A stretch of 64,000 nucleotides of DNA, from the NCBI GenBank assembly GCA_965198185.1, contig CBDAOU010000001.1:636310-700309 (forward strand), read 5' to 3'. The stretch's first letter is position 1; the number at the start of each line of letters is the position of its first letter. The position numbers and the translations under genes are program-made. This document shows, one piece after another, positions 21,137 to 30,745 of this stretch. The notes under the pieces were generated by a model. The model ran no database searches. It saw only the letters and a program-made list of their open reading frames with translations, and had not been told where the DNA came from. This DNA is from Chloroflexota bacterium (lineage in GTDB: Bacteria; Chloroflexota; UBA11872).

Positions 21137-22231
21137 CTATCTGACTTCGATACCGCTTCTGGCTGCGGCCTTGAGGTTCAGCTCCGAGTACTCGACCGCG
21201 CGGACGGCATCACCGTCCCTCTCGAGTCGCACAAGGGCGGCTTCCACTTCATCGACGTCCTCCGCCGCCTGCGCAAATCCCCTCACACAGTCCCAGCCAT
21301 GTGTGGTAGCCAACACCTGCACGTTGTTCGCCTGCGCCGTCTTTAGCACCATGGTCCAGAAATCACGCTGAATCGAGTGATGGATGCCGTTTTCCACTTC
21401 ATCAATTAGCAAGAACCCGTCTTTGCAGTTGGCGAGGGCTAGTGCAACGCCGAATATGCGCATAGCTCCGTCGCCGAGACTTTTCAAGGGAACCGGACTG
21501 TGATCGCCTACAATTCTTACAAATGGACGCTGGCTATAACCGCCTATATAACGCCCGTCACTGCTAACCATGGCGATACGTTCAATCTGGTCGCCAAGAG
21601 CTGCATTCAAGGCTTGGATCGCTCGCTGCTCGTCATCGGTAAGGACCGCTCTATCCCAGAATCTCGATACAGTATTATTGTCCAAGATATCCGGGCCTAG
21701 ATATTCATAGACAATCTCATTTGTTCCTGTCATCTCTGGAATGCTTTCTCGAAATCGTTTAAGAGTGATATGCGGGTGGTCAGTTAGCGTAATGCTTCGC
21801 TCGCTACCCTGGAATTCAGCGGTCAGAAGATGTCCCATATATTCTCCAAATGCTCCCTCTTTGGCCATTGGCGTGGTAACGCATACTTTGTCGGAGCTTA
21901 TCGGCCCTACTGAAAAAAAAGTGTCAGGATGGATGGTCCTGCCGTTGAATACAGCCTTCCAATTCAATACTATGATTAGATCGCCGTCATCATCGACGCC
22001 CTCTCCGTGCTCTTGTCGGTCATACAATATCTTCGATATGACAGAGTAGTCCCCGCGTGATGCAAAAACCCTTACGGCGTCAAGCAAGGTCGTTTTACCT
22101 ACGCCATTTTTGCCGGCGAACAGCGTCACGCGACCCAAGCGTCGAATCTCAAGATCGTCGATCCCGCGAAAACCGTTAATCGACAAGCTGGGAAGGTGCA
22201 GTGCTTCGGCGGTAGCTAGTATTTTAGACAT
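21137..22231 (-). CDS. ABC/AAA-type ATPase (AAA_15/AAA_21, AbiEii/OLD-like)
   Basis: INGFRGI, GKNGVGKT Walker A, SLGDG signature, LLIDEVENGIH Walker B and ATTH. Confidence 0.88.
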   Translation of the reverse strand: MSKILATAEALHLPSLSINGFRGIDDLEIRRLGRVTLFAGKNGVGKTTLLDAVRVFASRGDYSVISKILYDRQEHGEGVDDDGDLIIVLNWKAVFNGRTIHPDTFFSVGPISSDKVCVTTPMAKEGAFGEYMGHLLTAEFQGSERSITLTDHPHITLKRFRESIPEMTGTNEIVYEYLGPDILDNNTVSRFWDRAVLTDDEQRAIQALNAALGDQIERIAMVSSDGRYIGGYSQRPFVRIVGDHSPVPLKSLGDGAMRIFGVALALANCKDGFLLIDEVENGIHHSIQRDFWTMVLKTAQANNVQVLATTHGWDCVRGFAQAAEDVDEVEAALVRLERDGDAVRAVEYSELNLKAAARSGIEVR

Positions 22232-22443
22232 CGCGCCGCCCCTTCCCTATCGGCGACTTGCGAAATGTGCGTGTGCACTGGCAGCCAAGGGAATTGTAGC
22301 CGCCTTTCGGCTAGCCTCTAATCCGCGCCGGAATCGGCCCAACCGCGCGCTGTGCCATCCAGGCGGATACCCTGGCCTTTCAAGATTGGCTGACGGGATT
22401 AGGCGCTCGTTCGGCGCCTGGCATTGTGCGAGCGGGCCGCGCG

Positions 22444-23364
22444 TCAAACCTCCCCCTCCGCCCACGCCCGGATCAGATGGTGCGCGATGGCGAAATTGCC
22501 GGGCACGCGTAGCTCGGGATCGGCGCCGGCGAGGGCTCGCAGCACGGTGGCGCGGTCGAACCAGCGCACGGCCTGCATCTCCACGTCGTCGGGGCGCAGG
22601 TCAAGCGTGAGCGCGTCGGCGTGGCAGCCGATCATCAGCGACGAGGGAAACGGCCAGGGCTGCGACGAGTGGTAGCGCACCGCGCCCACCTGGATGCCGG
22701 CTTCCTCGGCCACTTCGCGCCGCACGGCTTCCTCGATGGACTCTCCCTGGTCCATGAATCCGGCCAGCGCCGAAAACATGCGCTGGCTCGCCAGCCGGCC
22801 GCGGGATTGCCCCAGCAGGCAGCGGTCGCCGTCGGCGACCACCACGATCACCACCGGGTCCGTGCGCGGGAAGTGCTCCGCGCCGCAATGCCCGCAGCGG
22901 CGCTGCTGGCCGCCGCGCAGCGGCGCGGTGGGCTGGCCGCACCGGCTGCAAAAGCGATGGCGCGCGTGCCAGTCCACGTTCGCGCGCGCCTGCGCCGCGA
23001 TGCCGGCCTCGGCGGCGGGGAGCAGGACCGCGGCCCCGCGCAGCTCAATAAAGCGCCGCGCGCCGCCTTCGGTCAGGTCGCCGGGATGGTCCGAGACGTC
23101 CACGGCAAAGTGCGCCACGCCGTCCCCGAGCCCCAGCAGATAGCGCGGGCCGTCCACCCGCATCTCGACCAGCCAGCGACCCGTCCGCCAGGCCAAGCGC
23201 GTGGCGGCGGTTTCGTGCACCAAGACTTCCAGCCGTCGCAGCGGCAGGAAGACGCTGGCCGGGTCCCGCTCGCGCCGCGCGATCCACGCCGGGTCGCGCC
23301 GCTCGTGCTCGGCGCGATCCAGCCGGTTTCCGCTGAAGGTGTGTGGACGAGTCACAGGCGGCAA
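22444..23364 (-). CDS. nudC: NAD(+)/NADH diphosphatase (Nudix)
   Basis: FCSRCG zinc ribbon, FPRTDP, Nudix box GESIEEAVRREVAEEAG and SQPWPFPSSLMIG signature. Confidence 0.95.
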   Translation of the reverse strand: MPPVTRPHTFSGNRLDRAEHERRDPAWIARRERDPASVFLPLRRLEVLVHETAATRLAWRTGRWLVEMRVDGPRYLLGLGDGVAHFAVDVSDHPGDLTEGGARRFIELRGAAVLLPAAEAGIAAQARANVDWHARHRFCSRCGQPTAPLRGGQQRRCGHCGAEHFPRTDPVVIVVVADGDRCLLGQSRGRLASQRMFSALAGFMDQGESIEEAVRREVAEEAGIQVGAVRYHSSQPWPFPSSLMIGCHADALTLDLRPDDVEMQAVRWFDRATVLRALAGADPELRVPGNFAIAHHLIRAWAEGEV

Positions 23365-23406
23365 CGCATGCTGCTAGCGGTCATTTGTCTCGTGTTGGAG
23401 AACGTC

Positions 23407-23721
23407 ATGCCGCGCATCGCTTTTGCCCTGCCGATCAAGCCCGACAAGATTGACGCCTACCGGGAGACTCACGCCAACGTGTGGCCCGAGTTGCTGGCCG
23501 AGAATACCGTCGCGGGCCTTCGCAACTACACCATCGTGCTCTTCGGCCATCACGCCATCGGCCTGCTGGAGTGCGACGACTGGGATGCCGCGACGGCGTA
23601 CCTGGCGAAGTCGGAATCGCAGCTGCGCTGGCAAGAGCTGCACAAGGACATCCTGGACGTGGACATGAGCACGGGCCTGGTGCCGCTGGAGATGCTGGAC
23701 GAGCTTTTCCACCAGGACTGA
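23407..23721 (+). CDS. L-rhamnose mutarotase family protein
   Basis: Y...H..VWPE, G.RNYTI and RW motifs in a 104-aa ORF (MPRIAFAL...). Confidence 0.8.
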   Translation: MPRIAFALPIKPDKIDAYRETHANVWPELLAENTVAGLRNYTIVLFGHHAIGLLECDDWDAATAYLAKSESQLRWQELHKDILDVDMSTGLVPLEMLDELFHQD

Positions 23722-23841
23722 CGGGGAAGTTCGTCCGGCGTGGCGCTGCGGGATATATCATTCGTGACTGCGCGATTCAGCGCGCCGCCGGTGGCGGGCC
23801 CGCGCCCGCGACCCTTTTCCTGACTTCTCAAAGGACCTGCC

Positions 23842-25530
23842 ATGCCTCCGTTGCCGCGACCCAACAGCGCCGCCATGACCGAAGGCCCGGCGCGCGCCCC
23901 CGCACGCTCAATGCTCAAGTCCATCGGCTTCGCCGACGAGGACCTGCGACGTCCGATCGTCGGTGTGGCGCACCAGTGGATCGAGACCATGCCGTGCAAC
24001 TTCAACCACCGCGAGATGGCCGAGCACGTCAAGGCCGGGGTGCGGGCGGCGGGCGGCATGCCGGTGGAATTCAACACCATCTCCGTCTCCGACGGCGTGG
24101 CGATGGGCACCGAGGGGATGCGCGCATCGCTGGTGAGCCGCGAGGTCATCGCCGACTCGATCGAGCTGGCGGCGCGGGGCCACTGCATCGACGCGCTGGT
24201 GGTGCTCGTCGGCTGCGACAAGACCATTCCGGCGGGCGCGATGGTGCTGGCGCGGCTCAACCTGCCCGGGCTGGCGTTCTACACCGGCAGCATCGCCCCG
24301 GGCGTTCACCGCGGCCGCGACGTCACCATTCAAGACGTGTTTGAAGGCGTGGGCTCGCACGCGGCGGGGCGCATCGACGACGCCGAGCTGTTGGCCCTGG
24401 AGGACGCCGCCTGTCCCGGCGCCGGGGCCTGCGGGGGGCAGTTCACCGCCAACACCATGGCCACCGCGCTGGAGTTCCTGGGTATAAGCCCGGCGGGCGC
24501 CAACGCGGTTCCGGCCACCAACGCGGCCAAGGCGCAGGCGGCGGTTGCCGCCGGCGAGCTGGCCGTCGACCTGCTGCGGCGCGATGTGCGCCCGCGCGAG
24601 GTCATCACCCGCGCGTCCATGGAGAACGCCATTGCCTCGCTCGCGGCGACCGGCGGCTCGACCAACGCGGTGCTGCACCTCATGGCCATTGCCCACGAGG
24701 CCGGCGTTGCGCTCGAGTTGGAGGACTTCGACCGCATCGCCGAGCGCACGCCGATCATCACCGACCTCAAGCCCACCGGCCGCTACGTGGCATCGGATGT
24801 CCATGCGGCCGGTGGCCTGGCCGTCGTCGCCGCCGAGCTGGCGTCGCGCGACTTGCTGCATGCGGACGCGCGCAACGTCGACGGCCGGACCGTGGCGGAG
24901 ATTGCCGCCGCCGCGCAGCGGTCGGACGCCGCCGGTGACGTGATCACGAGCATCGACGCGCCGGTCAAGGCCAGCGGCGGGATCGCCATTCTGCGCGGCA
25001 ATCTGGCTCCCGACGGCTGCGTCGCCAAGGTCTCCGGACAGGAGGCGACGCCCTTCAGCGGGCCGGCTCGGGTCTTCGACGGCGAGGCCGCGTGCTACGC
25101 GGCTCTTGAGGCTGGTCAGATTGCTCCCGGCGACTTCGTGGTGATTCGCTACGAGGGGCCGGTGGGCGGTCCCGGCATGCGCGAGATGCTGCAGGTGACG
25201 GGCGCGCTGCAGGGCGCGGGCCTGGGCGACTCCGTGGCCCTGATGACGGACGGACGGTTTTCGGGCGCCTCCCACGGCCGCATGGTCGGGCACGTGGCGC
25301 CCGAGGCCGCCCATGGCGGGGCCATTGCGATCGTGCGCGACGGCGACCGCATCACCCTCGATCCCGTGGGTCGCCGGCTGCAGGTTGCTCTCTCGGACGA
25401 GGAAATCGCCGAGCGCCTGGCGGCCTGGAGCCCGCCGCCGGCGCGCTATCCCGGCGGCGTGATGGCCAAATACGCCGCGCAGGTGTCGTCGGCGAGCGCG
25501 GGAGCCGTGACCAGCATCTTCACGCCCTAG
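23842..25530 (+). CDS. ilvD: Dihydroxy-acid dehydratase
   Basis: [48 protein letters not shown]. Confidence 0.95.
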   Translation: MPPLPRPNSAAMTEGPARAPARSMLKSIGFADEDLRRPIVGVAHQWIETMPCNFNHREMAEHVKAGVRAAGGMPVEFNTISVSDGVAMGTEGMRASLVSREVIADSIELAARGHCIDALVVLVGCDKTIPAGAMVLARLNLPGLAFYTGSIAPGVHRGRDVTIQDVFEGVGSHAAGRIDDAELLALEDAACPGAGACGGQFTANTMATALEFLGISPAGANAVPATNAAKAQAAVAAGELAVDLLRRDVRPREVITRASMENAIASLAATGGSTNAVLHLMAIAHEAGVALELEDFDRIAERTPIITDLKPTGRYVASDVHAAGGLAVVAAELASRDLLHADARNVDGRTVAEIAAAAQRSDAAGDVITSIDAPVKASGGIAILRGNLAPDGCVAKVSGQEATPFSGPARVFDGEAACYAALEAGQIAPGDFVVIRYEGPVGGPGMREMLQVTGALQGAGLGDSVALMTDGRFSGASHGRMVGHVAPEAAHGGAIAIVRDGDRITLDPVGRRLQVALSDEEIAERLAAWSPPPARYPGGVMAKYAAQVSSASAGAVTSIFTP

Positions 25531-25534
25531 GAAG

Positions 25535-25642
25535 GGTCTGTCTTAGGCCCTTGGCTTGACCCCAATCCGTTCGGTGACCCCTTCGACAAGCTCAGGGCGA
25601 ACGGATTGGGGCCCTACGTGCGACGGGTCTCTACTTGCTTAG
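25535..25642. repeat. REPIN-like palindromic element, copy 1 (between convergent genes; may also act as a terminator)
   Basis: CCCAATCCGTTCG...CCCTTCGACAAGCTCAGGG-CGAACGGATTGGG hairpin; related copy at 29589-29697. Confidence 0.7.
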
Positions 25643-25677
25643 AGGCCCCCTAGTCGCCCGCCGCCCGGGGGCGGCTG

Positions 25678-26328
25678 CTACATGGGCGGGTGCAGGGCCA
25701 TTGCCAGGGACGTCTCGATGTCCCAGACGGCCTGCGAGATGGCCTGGCCGATCAGGTCCAGCTTGCGCACCTGCTCGATGCGCGCGGACGCGAGCGCCAG
25801 CTCACGGCTGGACAGCAGCGCCTGGAAGATGCCGCAGGCCTCGGCGAGGCAGACGATGACGATGTCGCGCGGGTCGGGAATCTCGTCGCTGAACAGCACG
25901 GCCATGATCCGCAGCTTGACCTCGCGGTCGGCCTTGCCGTCCACGGCCGGGTAGCGCCGCGACTTGAACACCCACAGAAAGCTCTCGTCCCGACGCTCGA
26001 GGATGCCTTGATCGACGAGGCGGCCCAGCGCGCGGTCGCGAATCTGGTCGGTGTGTCTAGCGGTCTGGTGGACCCAGTGGGCGGCGTCGTGCGTCTTGTC
26101 GGCCTGCGCGATTCTGGCCAGCGTCGGGTCGAGCAGATCGTCGCCGACCGGCGTCGCGTCGACCAGGACGAGCTGCTTGAGGTCGGTGTCGATGCGGTTC
26201 TCCAACGCCAGGTCCATGAGCACCGCGCCCGCCAGCGCGCAGCGCAGCGACCAGTCGGAGACGTGGAGGAAGTCCCCGCCCTCGTCATCGAGCATGAGCA
26301 GCATGATCTCTTCGGCGAATCTCAGCAC
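25678..26328 (-). CDS. GPP34 (GOLPH3/Vps74-like) family protein
   Basis: FAEEIMLLMLDD, LAGAVLMDLAL..RI, GDDLLD, RLVDQGIL......LWVF..RRYP. Confidence 0.78.
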   Translation of the reverse strand: MLRFAEEIMLLMLDDEGGDFLHVSDWSLRCALAGAVLMDLALENRIDTDLKQLVLVDATPVGDDLLDPTLARIAQADKTHDAAHWVHQTARHTDQIRDRALGRLVDQGILERRDESFLWVFKSRRYPAVDGKADREVKLRIMAVLFSDEIPDPRDIVIVCLAEACGIFQALLSSRELALASARIEQVRKLDLIGQAISQAVWDIETSLAMALHPPM

Positions 26329-26705
26329 CGGCCACGCTCCTTGTCGCGCTTCACGAACCTGGCAAGCCTGCCGCTAGCATATCGCTCCACCCGCGACGGT
26401 GTCCGAGTTGGGCTCGGCGGGAAGGAGCGGGACGAGCCCACGCTCGGGTGCCGAACGTTCCGGAGTCGTCGGTCAGGCGACGGCGGGCCCGATCCATAAT
26501 GTCCGCTGGTGACGATATGGGCGTGGAAGCCGTCCATAGGTGCGGCTGCCGATAATATGGCCGGTGCTGGATCCCTATAAATGCTGCTAGTGATAATAAG
26601 GAGCCCAGTTTTCCCCATACATACCCGAAGTGATAGCATGAGGACGGCCCTACCCCCATGTTGCTGGTTCCGAACATATGGAAAAGCCCCGCCGCCGGAG
26701 ACGCC

Positions 26706-27890
26706 ATGTCCGCAGTTGAGGCAACCAACGCAGCCACCGGTCAGCGCGCCGGGCGCTACGTTACCCAGCCGCAGGGCTATCGAGCGTTTATGCCATTCCC
26801 GTTGCCCCCGGAGCCGCCGGTGCGTCTGGAAGCCGAGCTGCAAACCCTGCTCTCCCAAGCGGACCAAGCCCTGGGCCGGCTGGACGGCTCGATCCAAACG
26901 CTGCCGGACCCGGACCTCTTCGTGTTCATGTACGTGCGCAAGGAGGCCGTGCTCTCCAGCCAGATCGAGGGCACGCAGAGCTCCCTGCAGGACGTGCTGG
27001 CCGCCGAGGCCCGAATCCGCTCGCCGGACCGGCCGCGCGACGTCGACGAGGTCATCAACTACGTGACCGCCATGAGTCACGGCCTGGACCGCTTGCAGAC
27101 GCTGCCGCTGTCAATTCGCTTGATCCGGGAGATTCATGCCCGGCTGTTGCACGGCGTTCGCGGATCCCGGATGCAGCCGGGCGAGCTGCGCACCAGCCAG
27201 AACTGGATCGGTCCTGCCGGATCCACGCTCAATGACGCCATGTTCATCCCCCCGCCGCCGCGGGAGGTGCCGCACGCACTCGGAGCGCTGGAGGGCTTTG
27301 TTCACAGCCCCAGTGAGTTGCCGGTGCTGGTCCAGATTGGCCTGATCCACGCTCAGTTCGAGACGATCCATCCGTTTCTTGACGGAAACGGCCGTGTCGG
27401 CCGGCTGCTCATCACCTTCCTGCTGTGCCAGCGCGGAATTCTCGGGCAGCCGGTGCTCTACCTCTCGCACTTCTTCCGGCAGTACCGCAGTGAGTACTAC
27501 GATCGGCTGCAGGCCGTGCGGGACAGCGGCGATTGGGAAGGCTGGCTGGCCTTCTTCCTGCGCGGCGCGGCGGCGGTTAGCGCCGAGGCCGCGCAGACGG
27601 TGCGCCGCATCCTCACCCTGCGTGAGGAACATCGAACCCTGGTCACGGAGCGCCTGGGCCGCGCCGCCGCCGACGGCCATCGCGTGCTCGGCCACCTGTA
27701 CCGGCGGCCGTTCCTCACCGTTGCCCATGTGCCGGCAATCACGGGGACCAACTATCCCGCCGCCAACCGCCTGGTCGCCCGGCTCGTCCGGATCGGGGTG
27801 TTGGAGGAGATTACGAGCAGCCGGCGCAACCGCGTGTTCCGCTACGGTCCGTACTTGCGGGTCCTGGAGGGCGGCGAGACGGACGAGTAG
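26706..27890 (+). CDS. Fic family protein with Fic-N domain and C-terminal HTH
   Basis: EAVLSSQIEGT and HPFLDGNGRVGR Fic motif. Confidence 0.93.
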   Translation: MSAVEATNAATGQRAGRYVTQPQGYRAFMPFPLPPEPPVRLEAELQTLLSQADQALGRLDGSIQTLPDPDLFVFMYVRKEAVLSSQIEGTQSSLQDVLAAEARIRSPDRPRDVDEVINYVTAMSHGLDRLQTLPLSIRLIREIHARLLHGVRGSRMQPGELRTSQNWIGPAGSTLNDAMFIPPPPREVPHALGALEGFVHSPSELPVLVQIGLIHAQFETIHPFLDGNGRVGRLLITFLLCQRGILGQPVLYLSHFFRQYRSEYYDRLQAVRDSGDWEGWLAFFLRGAAAVSAEAAQTVRRILTLREEHRTLVTERLGRAAADGHRVLGHLYRRPFLTVAHVPAITGTNYPAANRLVARLVRIGVLEEITSSRRNRVFRYGPYLRVLEGGETDE

Positions 27891-27977
27891 CCCGCCCTCG
27901 TCTCATTCGCGAGCACCGTCTCCGTCACCAGCACCCGCACGCCCGCCCAGCCCTTGGCCTGAGCGCGGGGTGCCAGC

Positions 27978-28913
27978 TCAGCGTGCGTCGAGGGTGATGG
28001 TCTCGAGAAACACGCCGAGGCTCGTGAGATCCAACTCGTCCCCGTCCTGAGTAATCGCGACCATCCGGCGTGCGTATTCGCCGGGCGGCAGCGGCCCGCC
28101 GCTTGTCTCCGAGGCAAGGTCTTCGGGCAGCGGGACGCCGAAACTCAGCGACGGCGGGTCGATTTGGAAGACTTCCGTATAGGTCTGGGCGCCGCCGGCC
28201 AGGGTCAAGGAAACTCGGGCGATGGGCTTGTTGAATCGGCAGCCGACCCTGTTGGCGCTGTCAGCCGCTGTGCGCAGCCGGTCGTCGAGTGAGCGCAACA
28301 CGATGCTCAGGTCGCCTCCGATGTCTGTGCTGTCACACCCGCCGGTCAACTCGACCGCGCCAGGGACGTGCAGGCCGAATTCGTAGGCGACCTCGTTGTA
28401 GCGCCGACCGAGGGGAGCGCTGGCGTCCGTGTATTGCCATTGCCCGATGACGCGGATGTGGTAGTCCCCGGGGTCCAGGTCGAGATCGAGCGCGGGATAG
28501 TTCGGTCCCAGTTGCAGGAAGTCGACCATCAGGTTCCCGTGCCGGGTGAACACCTGCGCGAATACGTTGTCGGGCCTGGTCTCGGACTCAATCGTGACGG
28601 GAATTCGCTTGCCAGGGACGGCCTCGGGGTAGGCATTCACCCCCGACCAGATGTCGTATTCGTGGCAGACGCGACTGGACTCGGTTCCGAGGGGCCAGCA
28701 GTAGGAGTGGGGCGAGCCCCAGATCGACCCGCTGGGATGCACCAGCCACATCACCGGCAGCGGAGGGACCGGCCAACTGTCCGGCCACACCCGCGTGGTT
28801 GCCGGCATGGCGTCGTCGCGTGCGGCCGGCTGCGCTCCGCCGTCCGGGCCGCACGCGATTGCCGGCAGCGTCACGACGAGGGCCGCCAAGAATCCCTTCA
28901 GCGCGCGTGTCAT
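27978..28913 (-). CDS. Hypothetical lipoprotein
   Basis: MTRALKGFLAALVVTLPAIAC signal peptide/lipobox and a long open frame. Confidence 0.6.
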   Translation of the reverse strand: MTRALKGFLAALVVTLPAIACGPDGGAQPAARDDAMPATTRVWPDSWPVPPLPVMWLVHPSGSIWGSPHSYCWPLGTESSRVCHEYDIWSGVNAYPEAVPGKRIPVTIESETRPDNVFAQVFTRHGNLMVDFLQLGPNYPALDLDLDPGDYHIRVIGQWQYTDASAPLGRRYNEVAYEFGLHVPGAVELTGGCDSTDIGGDLSIVLRSLDDRLRTAADSANRVGCRFNKPIARVSLTLAGGAQTYTEVFQIDPPSLSFGVPLPEDLASETSGGPLPPGEYARRMVAITQDGDELDLTSLGVFLETITLDAR

Positions 28914-29032
28914 GCGTGCAATCCCAATCCGTTGGGTGCGGGCCACCGGCCGTCCGTTGTGACTGCCGATTGTATGGCGCCCTCCCGCGTGTATGTTGCG
29001 GTGTCGGTGGGCCTTGATGGTTGGCGTGCAAC

Positions 29033-29542
29033 ATGACGGACATTGCGATCGAGGACTGCCGACCGGGCGATCCATACGACCAAGCGGCGCACGACCTCGC
29101 CGAGGCTTTGGGCCAGGCTGAGTACTTCGCGTATGACGCCGAGTGGCACCTGGAAACGCACACGCTGATCTCGGTCGCCTCAGGCTGTTTGGTGGGGTTT
29201 CTCCGCTTCGCCGTTCAGGAGATCGGATCCGACTGTGACCGACCCAGCCTTACCCTGCGCGGCAAGCCCATGCGCGAGGCATACGTTCTGGCATTTGGCG
29301 TCGCGGAGGATCACCGCCGCCGCGGCGTGGGAACCGCGCTGCAGAATGAGTTGATCGAGAGAGCCACAGCCCTCGGCTGCTTTCAGGTGCGCTCGCGGAG
29401 TGCCGGTGAGCGCCTGGCCAATCACGCGCTTAAGGTCTCGCTTGGATTTGGCGTGCATCCCACCAAGGCCACGGATGGCGCCGTGTTCTTCGTGCTGCCC
29501 TTGCCGGAGGCGGCGCGATCACGAGACGGGCTTCGAGACTAA
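29033..29542 (+). CDS. GNAT family N-acetyltransferase
   Basis: FGVAEDHRRRGVGTAL motif A and ANHAL..SLGF. Confidence 0.8.
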   Translation: MTDIAIEDCRPGDPYDQAAHDLAEALGQAEYFAYDAEWHLETHTLISVASGCLVGFLRFAVQEIGSDCDRPSLTLRGKPMREAYVLAFGVAEDHRRRGVGTALQNELIERATALGCFQVRSRSAGERLANHALKVSLGFGVHPTKATDGAVFFVLPLPEAARSRDGLRD

Positions 29543-29588
29543 GGGCCGCAGTATTTGGGAGCGCCCTGATCGATCCCGAGGAAACCTG

Positions 29589-29697
29589 TGAGCAAGTAGA
29601 GCCCTATGGCGTACATGGACCCCAATCCGTTCGATCACCCCTTCGACTGGCTCAGGGCGAACGGATTGAGGTAGAGCCCACGGCCTTGCTCAGACCT
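29589..29697. repeat. REPIN-like palindromic element, copy 2 (flanks inverted relative to copy 1)
   Basis: CCCAATCCGTTCG...CCCTTCGACTGGCTCAGGG-CGAACGGATTG; left flank AGCAAGTAGAG is the reverse complement of copy 1's right flank CTCTACTTGCT. Confidence 0.7.
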
Positions 29698-29700
29698 TTC

Positions 29701-30681
29701 CTAGATTCCGCCCCCAAGCGGCTGCCCAAGGGCGTCGAGCCGGCAGACTTGCTCCAGCAGCCGCATGCTGTGCACCACGTCGTGGATGCTGGTGAGCGGC
29801 TCGCGGCCCTCGCGCACGCAGTCCCGGAAATCACGGTGCAGGGCAGCCACCCCATCGTCCAGCTGCCCGTGCGGGTCGCCGGTGAGGCTGGCGGCGTCGA
29901 GGATTTCGGGCGCGTCGGCGCCGTCGGCGAAGACCTCGCCATAGGAGGGCGGGCGCAAGTAGGCGCTGATGCCGTTGCCGTGCAGCTCGATCCGGTAGTA
30001 ACGGCTGCCGGCGTGACCGATGGCCGTGTGCACCGCCAGCGCGCCTGACGTGAACGCGATGACGGACTGGCTGGCGTTCATCCAATCGGTGTAGGCGTTG
30101 TCAACGCGGGCGTGCGCCTCGTCCCACTCCCCGCCGCACACCCAGCGGATGAAGTCGACCATGTGGATGTCGCGGTCGTACATCACGTTGATCCGCAGCG
30201 ACTCCGGCGGCTGCTGCGCGGGGTGCTTGTTCATGCCCGCCAGCACGAAGCGGATGGGGCCGCGGGCCTCCAGGCGTTGCTTGGCGGCGCGGATCAGCGG
30301 CGTCCAACGCCGTTGCAGCGCCACGCACGCCAGCCGGTCGTTGCGCCGGGCGGCCGCGGCAATGCGGGCCGCCTCCGTCGAGTTGGCGCCGGGCGGCTTC
30401 TCGACCATCACGTGCTTGCCCGCGTCCAGCGCGTCCACGGCGACCTGGCAGACGTGGTAGGGCTGCATGATGGCGTAGACCACGTCGCAGTCGACCTCGT
30501 CGAGCATGCGGCGGTAGTCGGTAAATCGCCGCGGGATGTCAAAGGTATCCCCGGCGCGCGCCAGCCGCTCCGGGTCCAGGTCGCAGACGGCCTCGAGGCT
30601 GACGTCGTCCGCGTCCGCGAGCTGGGGGTAGTGCGCCCGCGTCGCCCGTCCTCCGGCCCCGATCATGGCGGCCTTGAGCAT
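29701..30681 (-). CDS. Gfo/Idh/MocA family oxidoreductase
   Basis: IGAGG Rossmann motif, GKHVMVEKP, D.DIH.VD. Confidence 0.9.
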   Translation of the reverse strand: MLKAAMIGAGGRATRAHYPQLADADDVSLEAVCDLDPERLARAGDTFDIPRRFTDYRRMLDEVDCDVVYAIMQPYHVCQVAVDALDAGKHVMVEKPPGANSTEAARIAAAARRNDRLACVALQRRWTPLIRAAKQRLEARGPIRFVLAGMNKHPAQQPPESLRINVMYDRDIHMVDFIRWVCGGEWDEAHARVDNAYTDWMNASQSVIAFTSGALAVHTAIGHAGSRYYRIELHGNGISAYLRPPSYGEVFADGADAPEILDAASLTGDPHGQLDDGVAALHRDFRDCVREGREPLTSIHDVVHSMRLLEQVCRLDALGQPLGGGI

Positions 30682-30745
30682 GGCCCGCTCCCGGTCGCTG
30701 TCGTTTACGCGCAGAGTCTAGTATGGACGGCCTCGCGCCCGCGGA

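Noticed and set aside
26671-26684. Possible LexA (GAAC-N4-GTTC) box upstream of the Fic gene
   Set aside because: Only the left half matches (CGAACATATGGAA); the right half is not GTTC-like.
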